A stretch of 64,000 nucleotides of DNA from Chlorobiota bacterium (GCA_046290495.1 JBKAGT010000005.1:1602270-1666269), one strand, 5' to 3'. Positions 19,173 to 29,654 are shown, counted from the stretch's first letter. Program-made: numbers and translations. The notes: generated by a model from the letters alone, not told the origin.

Positions 19173-19934
19173 ATGAATCCGAATGGCGATGTAAACATAC
19201 AAATTGAAAGCAACATAGCTACAATAGAATTTTATCACCCATCGAGCAACGCGCTACCTGGTAACGTACTTAGAAAATTGGCAGAAACGATAGACGAAAC
19301 TGGTAAAAATGATGATGTAAGAGTGATTGTGCTAAAATCTGGTGGCGATAGAGCATTCTGTGCAGGTGCATCATTCGATGAGCTAATTGCGATTACAGAT
19401 TACCCAACAGGTAAAAATTTCTTTATGGGATTCGCCTTAGTAATAAACGCTATTCGCAAATGTCCTAAATTCGTGATTGCAAGAGTACAAGGCAAGGCCG
19501 TAGGTGGTGGTGTAGGTGTACTTTCTGCTGCAGACTATACATTGGCTACCAAATACTCATCCGTCAAACTGAGTGAGTTAGCTTTGGGAATCGGACCATT
19601 TGTTGTAGGCCCAGCTGTGGAGCGTAAGGTTGGCAAGTCGGCTTTCTCACAGATGTCAATAGACTATGATTGGTACGATGCTGAGTGGGCAAAAAACAGA
19701 GGATTCTATGCTGAAGTTTACGAAGATATTGATGCGTTAGACAAAGCAGTTGCAGAATTCGCAACAAAGATGGCAAGCAACAGCCCTGAAGCTATGGCTG
19801 AGCTGAAGAAAGTTACTTGGTCTGGTACTGAAGATTGGGATAAGCTGCTGGAAAGTAGAGCAGAGATAAGTGGAAGATTAGTGCTATCTGATTTCACAAA
19901 AAATTATATCAAACAATTTAAAGAAAAGAAATAA
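19173..19934 (+). CDS. enoyl-CoA hydratase/isomerase (crotonase) family protein
   Basis: 253 aa. VIVLKSGGDRAFCAGASFDEL and GKAVGGGVGVLSAADY are typical crotonase-fold motifs. Confidence 0.85.
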   Translation: MNPNGDVNIQIESNIATIEFYHPSSNALPGNVLRKLAETIDETGKNDDVRVIVLKSGGDRAFCAGASFDELIAITDYPTGKNFFMGFALVINAIRKCPKFVIARVQGKAVGGGVGVLSAADYTLATKYSSVKLSELALGIGPFVVGPAVERKVGKSAFSQMSIDYDWYDAEWAKNRGFYAEVYEDIDALDKAVAEFATKMASNSPEAMAELKKVTWSGTEDWDKLLESRAEISGRLVLSDFTKNYIKQFKEKK

Positions 19935-20596
19935 TGTACCTCTTTTTTGATACAGAGACCAGCGGGTTACCCAAAAACTATGACGCCCCAATTTCCGATT
20001 TGGACAATTGGCCATACATAGTTCAAATAGCTTGGTTAGAGCAAGATAAATATGGCAATGATATCTCTACAGGTAACTATTATGTTACACCAGAAGGTTT
20101 TGACATCAGCCCTGATTCTGAGAAAATACACAGAATTAGCAAAGAAAAAGCAACCGATTTGGGATACCCAATAACTGATGTTCTGGAAGTATTCAATGCC
20201 ATTATCAAAAAATCGAAGTATATAGTCGCGCACAATGTTGAGTTCGACTACAATGTGCTCAGTGCAGAGTTTGCTCGCCACTATATGAAAAGCGATATCG
20301 CGGAAAAGAAGAAAATATGTACAATGCAGGAAACGATAGAATTCTGCAACTTACCAGGTAGCAATGGACTGAAATACCCACGACTATCAGAATTATACTA
20401 CAAGCTATTCGCCAAAAACTTTGACAATGCGCACGATGCAAAAGCTGATATAGATGCTACTGCAGAGGCGTTTTGGGCGCTGAAGCAACGCGGTGTGATA
20501 GACGAATACAACCTAAGAACTCAGCAAGAAATAGGCGTTAAGAAAAAGCAAGAAGAGGAATCAAACGATGATGATTCGAGTATGTCGTTGTTTTAG
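19934..20596 (+). CDS. DEDDh 3'-5' exonuclease (DnaQ/epsilon-like)
   Basis: 220 aa. Exo I FFDTETSG, Exo II IVAHNVEFDYNVL, Exo III HDAKADIDATAEAF. Its start overlaps the upstream stop (TAATG). Confidence 0.8.
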   Translation: MYLFFDTETSGLPKNYDAPISDLDNWPYIVQIAWLEQDKYGNDISTGNYYVTPEGFDISPDSEKIHRISKEKATDLGYPITDVLEVFNAIIKKSKYIVAHNVEFDYNVLSAEFARHYMKSDIAEKKKICTMQETIEFCNLPGSNGLKYPRLSELYYKLFAKNFDNAHDAKADIDATAEAFWALKQRGVIDEYNLRTQQEIGVKKKQEEESNDDDSSMSLF

Positions 20597-20605
20597 GGTG
20601 TATTT

Positions 20606-21778
20606 ATGGCAAAAATAGCAATCGGATTATCAGGTGGAGTTGACTCTGCCGTAGCAGCACACATACTCAAAGAGCAAGGGCACGAGGTCATTGCTCTGTT
20701 CATGCAAAATTGGGATGACCCAACAGGAACACTCCGCGGTGACTGTGAGTGGGAAGAAGACTTCGAAATCGCACAACTGGTTGCGCGTCATTTGGATATT
20801 CCTATTCACCACATTAACCTAAGCAGTGAGTACAAATCACGTGTAGCAGACTATATGTTTGCCGAATACGAAGCTGGTCGCACTCCCAACCCCGATGTGC
20901 TTTGCAATCGTGAGATAAAGTGGGATGTATTTCTCAAGGCTGCACTCGAATACGATGTAGATTTGGTAGCAACGGGTCACTACTGCCAGAAAGATGAGTT
21001 AGATGGCGAATACCGCTTGCTCATGGGTAAAGATAGCAATAAAGACCAAAGCTATTTCCTATGCCAGCTTGACCAAGAAATGCTCCGCTATGCTCACTTC
21101 CCAATTGGTGGACTTTCGAAGCCAGAGGTAAGAGAGATAGCTAAATCCCTCAAATTGCCGAACTATGATAAAAAGGATTCTCAAGGACTCTGCTTTATCG
21201 GTAAGATTGACTTGCCTACATTTCTGAAGCAGAAGTTAGAACCCAAGAAGGGAGACGTAATAGAGATTCCAGATAAAGAGCACAATTGGAATATTGGTAG
21301 TGACTTGTTAGACCAATGTATACTCGATGATATCTGCTACCCTGCTCCTATGTGGGCAAGCGATGGACATAAACTAGGCCAACATGACGGAGCACATTTC
21401 TTTACTGTAGGACAAAGAAGAGGACTTGCCATAGGTGGAACTAAGTTGCCTCTATTCGTAATTGGTACAGATGTAAAGAACAATATAATCTACACTGGTC
21501 AAGGCGAAAACCATTATGCACTCAATCGTCCAGGCATACATATCAAAGCTGATGAAGTTCACTGGGTTCGTCCATCGCAAGAGATGGAAATAGACGAAAT
21601 CCGCGAGTATGATGTAAAAATCCGATATCGCCAGCCAAACCAAAAGGCGAAGTTGATTCGCAAAGAGAATGGTATGTATATTGTCTTCGATGAGTTGCAA
21701 AAAGGAGTCGCAGCAGGGCAATTCGCAGTTTGGTACGATGGCGAGGAGCTAGTTGGCTCAGGCGTTATATTTGCATAA
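20606..21778 (+). CDS. mnmA: tRNA-specific 2-thiouridylase MnmA
   Basis: 390 aa. PP-loop GLSGGVDSAVAA, NPDVLCNREIKW, KDQSYFL, and a conserved C-terminal barrel region. Confidence 0.95.
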   Translation: MAKIAIGLSGGVDSAVAAHILKEQGHEVIALFMQNWDDPTGTLRGDCEWEEDFEIAQLVARHLDIPIHHINLSSEYKSRVADYMFAEYEAGRTPNPDVLCNREIKWDVFLKAALEYDVDLVATGHYCQKDELDGEYRLLMGKDSNKDQSYFLCQLDQEMLRYAHFPIGGLSKPEVREIAKSLKLPNYDKKDSQGLCFIGKIDLPTFLKQKLEPKKGDVIEIPDKEHNWNIGSDLLDQCILDDICYPAPMWASDGHKLGQHDGAHFFTVGQRRGLAIGGTKLPLFVIGTDVKNNIIYTGQGENHYALNRPGIHIKADEVHWVRPSQEMEIDEIREYDVKIRYRQPNQKAKLIRKENGMYIVFDELQKGVAAGQFAVWYDGEELVGSGVIFA

Positions 21779-21830
21779 TTACACCACTCTTTCATTCTAA
21801 TTTTTATTATGCTTAAGTTTGTAAGTAATC

Positions 21831-21854
21831 AATCCCACCAGTTGGGATTTTTTT
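21831..21854 (+). terminator. putative terminator after mnmA
   Basis: Stem aatccca / tgggatt with a short loop, followed by a T-run. Confidence 0.55.
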
Positions 21855-21878
21855 ATTTAATCACAGCAGAGTAAATTA

Positions 21879-22475
21879 ATGGACGGACTTTCAGCTTCAA
21901 TATGGTCATCGGCAGTAGTGCTATTTTTCCTAATGGATCCTTTGGGGAACGTGCCTGTGGTTCTATCTGTACTCAAAGATATAGACCCCAAAAGACAGAG
22001 AGTAATAATAGCTAGGGAGCTATTGATAGCATTGGTAATATTACTAATCTTCCTATTCTTAGGCAAACCGATGCTCAACTTCCTTCATCTGCAGCAAGAA
22101 GCCGTTACAATCTCTGGTGGAATTATACTACTCATAATAGGGCTAAGAATGATATTCCCATCTCCTGAAGGTATAGTAGGGCAACAGCCCGATGGAGAAC
22201 CATTCATAGTGCCGCTGGCTATACCACTAATCGCTGGACCATCTGTACTAGCTATGCTAATACTAATGACACAGAGTGGCCCAAACAAAATGACTGATTG
22301 GCTTTTTGCCTTACTCATAGCTTGGGTGCTAACAGCCATTATTCTACTCTCAGCGCCATTACTACTCAAACTACTTCGCCGCCGTGGACTAACGGCACTA
22401 GAAAGACTAATGGGTATGATATTAGTAATGATATCAGTACAGATGCTAATAAATGGTCTGAAGTTATTGTATTAA
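21879..22475 (+). CDS. MarC-family (UPF0056) integral membrane protein
   Basis: 198 aa with six hydrophobic segments. N-terminal FFLMDPLGNVPVVLS is typical of the family. Confidence 0.8.
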   Translation: MDGLSASIWSSAVVLFFLMDPLGNVPVVLSVLKDIDPKRQRVIIARELLIALVILLIFLFLGKPMLNFLHLQQEAVTISGGIILLIIGLRMIFPSPEGIVGQQPDGEPFIVPLAIPLIAGPSVLAMLILMTQSGPNKMTDWLFALLIAWVLTAIILLSAPLLLKLLRRRGLTALERLMGMILVMISVQMLINGLKLLY

Positions 22476-22583
22476 AAAACTCGATTTGGGTTTTTAGGTT
22501 TGTAAAGTTACTTTCTAGTCAACAAAAAAACTATTCAGAAGTATAATTGTTTCTTTTAATGGTCTCCTTTAGTTGGCACACCA

Positions 22584-23348
22584 TTATTCTATTTTAAATT
22601 TTGCATTGATTTCAAATCTCAATTTGATTTTTTTACCATTTTCGGTATTAGGATTATCACTTGAGTTCATAATTGTATTACTTGTAGTAATTGAAGGTCC
22701 CCAATAATAATTATTTGAACTTAGTTCCGTAATTGAAATTATATCTCCAAGTTTTCTATCAATAGTTTCTAAAAGATATTTAGCCTTTTCTTTCGCCGCA
22801 ATTAGAGCTTGCTTTTTTACTTCTTTACGCAATGTAACTAGATTTTTATTTTTCAACTCTCCTATTCGCATATATGCGATCCCTCTTCTGTCAAGAATAT
22901 TGAGAATCTTGTTCATTTGCTTAAAGTCAGATAATGAAATTTCAAGCTTTTTACTTATTAAAAATCCTTCAACTGTGGATCTCCAATAATTGCCAACCTC
23001 TGTTGTTCTGATGCTTTCTGATTTAATTCCTAAATCATTTAAATCTTTGAAAATCTGCTCTTCTATTTCATTAATATTTACTTTATTTTTATAATGTTTA
23101 AAATCTTTTTCTTCATCAAATTCATCTTCCAAATATTCTTTTATTCCAATAATAAAAATGAATTCATCTGGTTCAATCAATATCTCAGCACTCCCTGTTA
23201 CTTCGATGAATTTTGACTCTTGAGCTGTAATATTAGACCCGATTAAGATTAAACAAAGATATAAAAGTAACTTAATTTTCATTTGATTTTTGTATTGATT
23301 GTAAACTAACTTCAAAATAACAAAAAGAATACTAACTAAAAAGCCCAA
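22584..23348 (-). CDS. SIMPL-domain (DUF541) periplasmic protein
   Basis: IEVTGSAEILIEPDEF is typical of SIMPL/DUF541. The likely true start is the ATG at 23282 (MKIKLLLYLCLILIGSNITAQ signal peptide). Confidence 0.7.
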   Translation of the reverse strand: MGFLVSILFVILKLVYNQYKNQMKIKLLLYLCLILIGSNITAQESKFIEVTGSAEILIEPDEFIFIIGIKEYLEDEFDEEKDFKHYKNKVNINEIEEQIFKDLNDLGIKSESIRTTEVGNYWRSTVEGFLISKKLEISLSDFKQMNKILNILDRRGIAYMRIGELKNKNLVTLRKEVKKQALIAAKEKAKYLLETIDRKLGDIISITELSSNNYYWGPSITTSNTIMNSSDNPNTENGKKIKLRFEINAKFKIE

Positions 23349-23391
23349 CTAGAACTAGCCAGGCTTGGTAAAAGATTAATTGATTCTTTTA

Positions 23392-26300
23392 TTATTCAAC
23401 TTTTGTAATAATAAATACTGAGTTTTCACCAACTATGAAATCATCTGTACTAACACCATCTCTCCTAGTTTGAAATTGGAACCCTGTTCCACTATTGTCT
23501 GTTTTAAAAACTCCATCAATGTCAACTGCCAGATTATTTGAAAACACGTCAAAACTATCATCATATTCATTGTCATAAATCATTGTTTTAGATCCATTAT
23601 GGTCTGTAAAAGATAAGAAAATTAACCCTGAAGTCGGAAGACCCACGAATTGAAAATTGGCCTCAGCATTACTTGAGACTCTACGTAATAACACGAAGCC
23701 TTTTATTCTGTAGGTACTATTGGCATCTAAAGATGTAGTGAAATCAGTTACAGTCGTATAAGTGTTTGAACTAATAGTCTGATCCGAAGACTTGGTTAAT
23801 ACCGTCACTTCTGGCAGGCCGCTACCACCACCTCCTCCACCAGTGATTATTTTACCATCATTATCTACTTGTATATTTTGTGTGCCACCACCAGCTAAGT
23901 CCATTAGTGTAACACCTCTCATTTGAGTTTCAGTTATGCTTCCATTGCCTATCACAACTTGGTTGTCAGCAGTAGTGTGTGTGCCTTCTCCGATTGCAAT
24001 AGAATTAGTAGCGGTAGCTAATTGTGGCGTAGCAGTTGAGCCAGCATTCCTTCCTAGAAAAACATTTTCTGTTCCAGTAGTAATTGCTTGACCTGCCCTA
24101 AAACCAACAGCTGTGTTATTACTCCCGGTAGAACCTTGTAGAGCAGTACCACCTATAGCAATATTTTGTTCGCCTGTTTGGTTTGAAAATAAAGCTGCTT
24201 GACCTACTGCTGTATTATTTTGTCCAGTAGTGGTACTATTCATAGCTATAGAACCTATTGCCGTGTTTTGACTTGCAGTAGTGTTTGAAGATAGTGCACT
24301 GGCACCGATTGCTGTGTTTGCACCTCCTGAAGTATTTGCTAATAGAGCATTGTTTCCAAAAGCTGAGTTATCTGAGCCCGTATTATTCATTAACGCTTGG
24401 AATCCATTAGCAGTATTACTACTCCCGGTTATATTATCTCTTAGTGCACGTGAACCTGTAGCTGTATTTCTTGTACCTGTTGTATTATCTTCTAATGCAT
24501 TATTACCAATAGCAGTATTTTCACCCCCAGTAGTGTTACTACTCAAAGCACTCATGCCAGTCGCAGTATTATTAGTACCTGTAGTGTTTTCACGTAAAGC
24601 AAACGCTCCCGTTGCAGTATTGTTACTAGCAGAAGTGTTATTAGATAAAGCTTGAACACCATTTGCAGTATTGTGATTTCCAGATGTATTATCAAATAAC
24701 GCAAATCTTCCAGTCGCTGTATTCTTATCACCACCGATATTTTTATTCAGAGCATTTTGTCCAATTGCAGTATTGTCTTCTCCATCTATATTATTTGTCA
24801 TAGATCCAGAGCCAATTGCTGTATTATATCTAGCAGTTGTATTACTGTTTAATGAATTATATCCAATTGCTGTGTTAGATGTTCCACTTGTATTATTTTC
24901 TAATGCATTATTACCAATAGCAGTATTAAAAACTACATTACCACCACCTTGACCGATTGTTAGTCCGTCTATAACTGCGTGCTGAGGTACATTAAGTACA
25001 CCTTGTAGGTTAGTTTCTGTAATAGAACTGTTACCAATTACCACTTGATTATCAGCATTAGTAAATGTATTAGCACCTATTGCAATTGAGTTTTGTGCAT
25101 CTACTTTTTGTGAGCCACTTTCACCCGCTCTATTTCCTAAGAATACATTGTTGCTCCCAGATGTTACAGTATAACCTGATCTAACACCAAGAGAAAGATT
25201 ATAACTACCTGTTGCATTATTCCTCAATGCTTCATCTCCAGCTGCAGTGTTAAAACTACCAGTAGAGTTAATGAATAATGAACCCCTTCCTATTGCTGTG
25301 TTGTTATTACCTGCCGTATTATTAAATAAAGACCCCTCACCATTAGCAGTATTATAATTTCCTGTGTTGTTATTATATAGTGAATTTATTCCATTGGCAG
25401 TGTTATTATTTCCTGTTGTGTTAAATAGTAAAGCATTCTTACCAGTTGCAGTGTTGTTATTTCCTGTTGTGTTTGCTATCAAGGCATTGGTACCAACAGC
25501 AGTGTTGTCTGTACCACTTGTATTAAATCTCAAAGAGCTAGTCCCAAATGCAGTGTTATTATTTGCATTATTTACACTCAAGCTCAAATATCCTACAGCT
25601 GTGTTACTAGTTCCTGATGTATTAGTTATCAATGCATCTACACCAACTGCTGTGTTTTGAGAGCCAGATGTGTTATTTCTCAAAGAACTAGTACCAATTG
25701 CTGTGTTATTATCACCGCTTGTATTAGCACTCATGCTCAGATAACCTACTGCTGTATTGCTGGCACCTGAAGATGTTCCATTGAAAGCAGTATTCCCAAA
25801 AGCTGTATTGTTACCTGCAATCACTTGACTAACTCGTTTATTAAAAGTAAAAACATCATCTGTCGATTCGAACACATCCTCACCCGCTACAGTCATAGTT
25901 GCTGTGTTTGTAGCATCGTCATAGCTAAAGGATAGCTCATCACCTGCCATTCCTAGTGGTGGTCCTATGTGTACTGTATTGCCTTCTACAAATAACTCAC
26001 TCCATCTATTGCCATCTGTACCAAGTGAAGCTCCCGTTTGTGTTGGGTTGAAATTACCATCATTATCAAATACACTGGCTTGTGCTTGTGCTAATATTAG
26101 GGCATCTAATCTATACTGTGCATACAGACTACCATTCACATATATATCCAAAGTATGATATGTTGTTATATCACTAGCACTATAGTCTGACCAAGTTGTA
26201 CCCGAACCAGCGTGGTCTTGTACATTTACTAATATTATTCCTGAGCCACTAGGTGTGATTCCACTAGTTAAATTTTCCCCAACAAATAGGGAAGAGCTAG

Positions 26301-26436
26301 TATTGTCTGCCATTTGTACCCTTACACTAGTTGGCGTACCAGCCGTGTAAACGAATGCCACTTTCATTGGCTCCAACGATACCCCTGTAGAGATTGCTAT
26401 TAGTGCCGTTACGGCTATTAGTAAAATCTTTTTCAT
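23392..26436 (-). CDS. large secreted repeat protein with YadA-head/Hep_Hag-like 14-residue repeats
   Basis: 1014 aa with signal peptide. Dozens of repeats of the form NTA(I/V)G..AL..NT.G. Two super-modules each end in ..NSIAIG..T.TTADNQVVIGN.SITET... These are followed by a Gly run (GGGGGGSG) and a ~170-aa C-terminal domain. No YadA anchor and no T9SS CTD seen. Confidence 0.7.
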   Translation of the reverse strand: MKKILLIAVTALIAISTGVSLEPMKVAFVYTAGTPTSVRVQMADNTSSSLFVGENLTSGITPSGSGIILVNVQDHAGSGTTWSDYSASDITTYHTLDIYVNGSLYAQYRLDALILAQAQASVFDNDGNFNPTQTGASLGTDGNRWSELFVEGNTVHIGPPLGMAGDELSFSYDDATNTATMTVAGEDVFESTDDVFTFNKRVSQVIAGNNTAFGNTAFNGTSSGASNTAVGYLSMSANTSGDNNTAIGTSSLRNNTSGSQNTAVGVDALITNTSGTSNTAVGYLSLSVNNANNNTAFGTSSLRFNTSGTDNTAVGTNALIANTTGNNNTATGKNALLFNTTGNNNTANGINSLYNNNTGNYNTANGEGSLFNNTAGNNNTAIGRGSLFINSTGSFNTAAGDEALRNNATGSYNLSLGVRSGYTVTSGSNNVFLGNRAGESGSQKVDAQNSIAIGANTFTNADNQVVIGNSSITETNLQGVLNVPQHAVIDGLTIGQGGGNVVFNTAIGNNALENNTSGTSNTAIGYNSLNSNTTARYNTAIGSGSMTNNIDGEDNTAIGQNALNKNIGGDKNTATGRFALFDNTSGNHNTANGVQALSNNTSASNNTATGAFALRENTTGTNNTATGMSALSSNTTGGENTAIGNNALEDNTTGTRNTATGSRALRDNITGSSNTANGFQALMNNTGSDNSAFGNNALLANTSGGANTAIGASALSSNTTASQNTAIGSIAMNSTTTGQNNTAVGQAALFSNQTGEQNIAIGGTALQGSTGSNNTAVGFRAGQAITTGTENVFLGRNAGSTATPQLATATNSIAIGEGTHTTADNQVVIGNGSITETQMRGVTLMDLAGGGTQNIQVDNDGKIITGGGGGGSGLPEVTVLTKSSDQTISSNTYTTVTDFTTSLDANSTYRIKGFVLLRRVSSNAEANFQFVGLPTSGLIFLSFTDHNGSKTMIYDNEYDDSFDVFSNNLAVDIDGVFKTDNSGTGFQFQTRRDGVSTDDFIVGENSVFIITKVE

Positions 26437-26602
26437 AAATCCTCTTAAATGATTTTAAATATTATATGCAATATAATTAAATTCCTTCTTTACTCAAACA
26501 ATGGACTATATGTAACTGTCTGCTAATCAGTTGTTTTTATTGAATAGTCGTACCTATTTATTAGCTTTATAGAATTATAAAAAACTAAATTGATAAATAA
26601 CA

Positions 26603-27868
26603 ATGATGAATAAATCACCAGAAGAAGCCGTAAAGCACATAAAAAGTAATGATAACGTATTCATTCATTCGGCGACAGCAGTTCCTACTCTATTAGTCAA
26701 TGCTATGAGCGAAAGGCATGCTGAGCTAAAGAATGTTAGTATATATCAGATACACACTGAAGGCCCTGCTCCCTATTGCAACCAAGGTATGGAGGACTCC
26801 TTCAATGTTAAAGCTTTGTTTGTTGGGTCTAATACTCGCGAGTCCATCCGTAGAGGGAAAAATAGCTATATACCTATCTTTCTGAGCGAGGCACCAAAGC
26901 TCTTCAGGAAGGGAACAATTCCAATAGATGTAGCTTTAATTTCTGTTTCACCACCTGATAGACACGGCTATTGTTCGCTAGGTACTTCAGTCGATATTTC
27001 TTTGGCTGCTGTTGAGTCTGCGAAGTTTGTAATAGCACAAGTCAACGATAGAATGCCAAGAACTCATGGAGATGGAATTATTCATGTAAATGACATCGAC
27101 ATACAAGTAGATGGAAATAAGGAATTATATCAAATACACTACTCAGAGTTGTCTGATGAAAATAAAGCCATAGGTAAGAATATAGCTGAACTGATTGAGG
27201 ACGGTTCCACATTACAAATGGGTATAGGAGCTATCCCAAATGCAGTTCTATCCTTCTTGGGTAATCATAAAAATTTAGGAATACATTCCGAAATGTTTTC
27301 AGACGGAATTTTGCCATTGGTCGAAAAGGGAGTGATAAATGGTGTAAATAAAAAGAAGCACACAGGTAAGATTGTATCTTCTTTTGTAGTAGGTTCAAAA
27401 AAGCTGTATGATTTTATAGATGACAACCCTGTGGTGCATATGTTGGATTCCGATTATGTCAATAGTCCAACCGTAATACAGAGAAACCCCAAAGTAGTTG
27501 CTATCAACAGCGCGATAGAGATAGACCTTACAGGACAAGTTTGCGCTGATTCAATAGGTTCACAAATATATTCCGGCGTCGGTGGTCAAATGGACTTTAT
27601 TCGTGGTGCATCACTTTCAGAAGGTGGTAAACCAATAATTGCTCTTAGTTCAATAACAAAAAAAGGAGAGTCTAAGATTGTCCCATTTTTGAAGAAGGGA
27701 GCAGGTGTAGTAACTACTAGAGCACACATGCATTATGTAGTAACAGAATATGGGGTAGCAAACCTATATGGAAAGACAATAGACGAAAGAATAGAAGAGT
27801 TAATTAGAATCGCACACCCAATGCACAGAGAAGAATTAGAAAAATCTAAAAAATTGCTCCATTGTTAA
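26603..27868 (+). CDS. acetyl-CoA hydrolase/transferase family protein (4-hydroxybutyrate CoA-transferase-like)
   Basis: 421 aa. EIDLTGQVCADSIGSQIYSGVGGQMDFIRGA and VTTRAHMHYVVTEYG are typical of the family. Confidence 0.85.
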   Translation: MMNKSPEEAVKHIKSNDNVFIHSATAVPTLLVNAMSERHAELKNVSIYQIHTEGPAPYCNQGMEDSFNVKALFVGSNTRESIRRGKNSYIPIFLSEAPKLFRKGTIPIDVALISVSPPDRHGYCSLGTSVDISLAAVESAKFVIAQVNDRMPRTHGDGIIHVNDIDIQVDGNKELYQIHYSELSDENKAIGKNIAELIEDGSTLQMGIGAIPNAVLSFLGNHKNLGIHSEMFSDGILPLVEKGVINGVNKKKHTGKIVSSFVVGSKKLYDFIDDNPVVHMLDSDYVNSPTVIQRNPKVVAINSAIEIDLTGQVCADSIGSQIYSGVGGQMDFIRGASLSEGGKPIIALSSITKKGESKIVPFLKKGAGVVTTRAHMHYVVTEYGVANLYGKTIDERIEELIRIAHPMHREELEKSKKLLHC

Positions 27869-28103
27869 TCTCTCAAACTTTTTCTTTAAAAGTTTAATAA
27901 TGAACTAATCACTAGTTATTCTGAAAAGGTCTTTTTCCTACCTTATGCAGACACTCTACGACTGTGGGAATCTATCTTGACTATGGCATACCATCAAAGA
28001 GGACTGAAAAGATTAAAAAATACAGCTCAGTTATTATAATTTTGATTATTTGTTTATATTCAACTATCTATAATCATCAATTCTGAACTATATATGAGAA
28101 AAT

Positions 28104-28496
28104 CTATTCTTTTTGCTTTAGCTGCTTTTTACCTTCAAAGATAAGAAATATGAAACATACTATATTTGATAGTATGTAGGGAAACAATAATATCATAAAA
28201 TCTATTAAAAAGTACGGTTCTTTTATATCATTGAAAATATTTGCACTATTTACATGATTAAAAAATAAAATAATTGAACTAAGTGAAATAAAAAATGAAA
28301 TAAAATATTTTAAAATATCACTAGTTATCTTTGTGAGCTTGAGTAAGAAGGCAATGCAAGTCATAATCAAAAATGCCAGAAGATGCATAAGACCAATTAT
28401 AAATATAAACCCCGAATACTTTCCGAATATATTTATAAATACTATAGATAAAATAAAGCATAGAATTGATGACACCCATATATACTTGTAAGTCAT
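28104..28496 (-). CDS. hypothetical 4-TM membrane protein, paralog of 30766..31173
   Basis: 130 aa. The N- and C-terminal ends match the paralog (M.YKYIW.SSILCFILS... / PYILSNIVCFIFLIFEG). The middle is diverged. Confidence 0.55.
   Translation of the reverse strand: MTYKYIWVSSILCFILSIVFINIFGKYSGFIFIIGLMHLLAFLIMTCIAFLLKLTKITSDILKYFISFFISLSSIILFFNHVNSANIFNDIKEPYFLIDFMILLFPYILSNIVCFIFLIFEGKKQLKQKE
28141..28193. repeat. 53-nt perfect direct repeat, copy 1 (3' end of membrane paralog)
   Basis: accttcaaagataagaaatatgaaacatactatatttgatagtatgtagggaa is identical to 30808..30860. Confidence 0.9.
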
Positions 28497-28531
28497 AGTT
28501 TTTTCATTTTCTATATTTTAAAACTTATTCA

Positions 28532-28858
28532 TTAGAGAAATGGAACATAATGTTTGACTTTTTCAATATTCTTCAACTGCTTTTTCATTAATTTCTTACT
28601 CCATTTTTTTGCTGGTCGCTCTTTGCTGAAATATGTATAACCATTATCTATCCATTCTTTTCTATAATCTTCAAATGTCTTTTTCTTACTTGAGTCATCA
28701 AAACCAAATTCAAATCCACAGCAAGGACATATTTCATAAGATGGATAGCCAAAAGTATCATATGGAGGTTCAAATAAGTTATCATATCCACATACAGGAC
28801 AAATATTGATTAACTCACTTGGTTCGTATCTTTTTCTCATTTCTTCCTTAGTCAACAA
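28532..28858 (-). CDS. Cys-rich CPCC-type small protein (zinc-ribbon-like)
   Basis: 108 aa. CPVCGYDNL...YEICPCCGFEFGFDD matches the CPCC cysteine-rich domain pattern. Confidence 0.55.
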   Translation of the reverse strand: MLTKEEMRKRYEPSELINICPVCGYDNLFEPPYDTFGYPSYEICPCCGFEFGFDDSSKKKTFEDYRKEWIDNGYTYFSKERPAKKWSKKLMKKQLKNIEKVKHYVPFL

Positions 28859-28867
28859 TTGTGTCTT

Positions 28868-29332
28868 TTAAATTTCCTTCAATCGCTTGTAATTATCCAT
28901 GTACATATAAAGATTAAAGTTTGAATTACGTACAGTGACATCAATGTTTACTTTGTTATTCTCTTTTTTAAATAATACTTGCGCAAATTTTTGCCCCAAA
29001 TCCTCATCTATTCTAAATATAGTTTCCCCATTGATAGATATACAAATTTGCTTATTAATAAGTGATATTGGCTTAAATTTTAGAGTTGCTCTATCGTATT
29101 CTTTTTCTTTAACTAATTCTATATTTGTTTTTGTACTATCGATCTCGTTAAAAAGATAAACATTATTGTCTTCGCTAATGTTATCTAATCCAATTATATA
29201 TATTGTAATTTCTTTATTGCTCTTGATGCTTCCTGAATAATCATTAAATCGCACTTCTCCAATTTCTAAGTCAGAAGTACAGGATGAAAATAACAAAATT
29301 AATAGTATTACTAATATTATTTTCCTATTCAT
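28868..29332 (-). CDS. hypothetical lipoprotein
   Basis: 154-aa ORF with lipobox (LFSSC). Confidence 0.5.
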   Translation of the reverse strand: MNRKIILVILLILLFSSCTSDLEIGEVRFNDYSGSIKSNKEITIYIIGLDNISEDNNVYLFNEIDSTKTNIELVKEKEYDRATLKFKPISLINKQICISINGETIFRIDEDLGQKFAQVLFKKENNKVNIDVTVRNSNFNLYMYMDNYKRLKEI

Positions 29333-29358
29333 GAACTAATTACCTTGATATTTTCATA

Positions 29359-29613
29359 TTAAAAACCATTTTTCTCTTCAAGTTTATATATTGCTAATGG
29401 ATGATCATTTTGATACTCCCAAAAATATAGCCTTTTGCAGCTAGGGCATTTCCAAAAAGTTATTTCATAACCGTCAAAGTCATGTATTCTCTCTCCTTGG
29501 TCTATTCGATCGAGAGCAGAAATCCATTCTTCATCACTAAAAACAATATATTGTATTTCAGGATTACTTGAATTACTCATTGCTTTTCCACACTTACACA
29601 AAATCCCAGACAT
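29359..29613 (-). CDS. small zinc-ribbon-like protein
   Basis: 84 aa. CKCG near the N-terminus and CPSC near the C-terminus form a four-Cys arrangement. Confidence 0.45.
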   Translation of the reverse strand: MSGILCKCGKAMSNSSNPEIQYIVFSDEEWISALDRIDQGERIHDFDGYEITFWKCPSCKRLYFWEYQNDHPLAIYKLEEKNGF

Positions 29614-29654
29614 GATTTCTCCTATGTTGGTTTACGGATTTTAATCATTTCTTA

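Noticed and set aside
21857-22546. ORFs 21857-22078(-), 22085-22369(-) and 22298-22546(+) overlapping the MarC-family gene
   Set aside because: The 198-aa plus-strand frame has the family-typical N-terminus and six TM segments. The others are overlapping shadows.
24281-25660. Plus-strand ORFs (24281-24655, 25364-25660) within the 1014-aa repeat gene, and the possibility that the periodic DNA is a CRISPR or satellite array
   Set aside because: The periodicity is 42 nt of in-frame coding repeats (NTA.G..AL..NT.G..) within one long minus-strand ORF that has a signal peptide. The repeats are degenerate, with no unique spacers. The antisense ORFs are by-products of the repeat structure.
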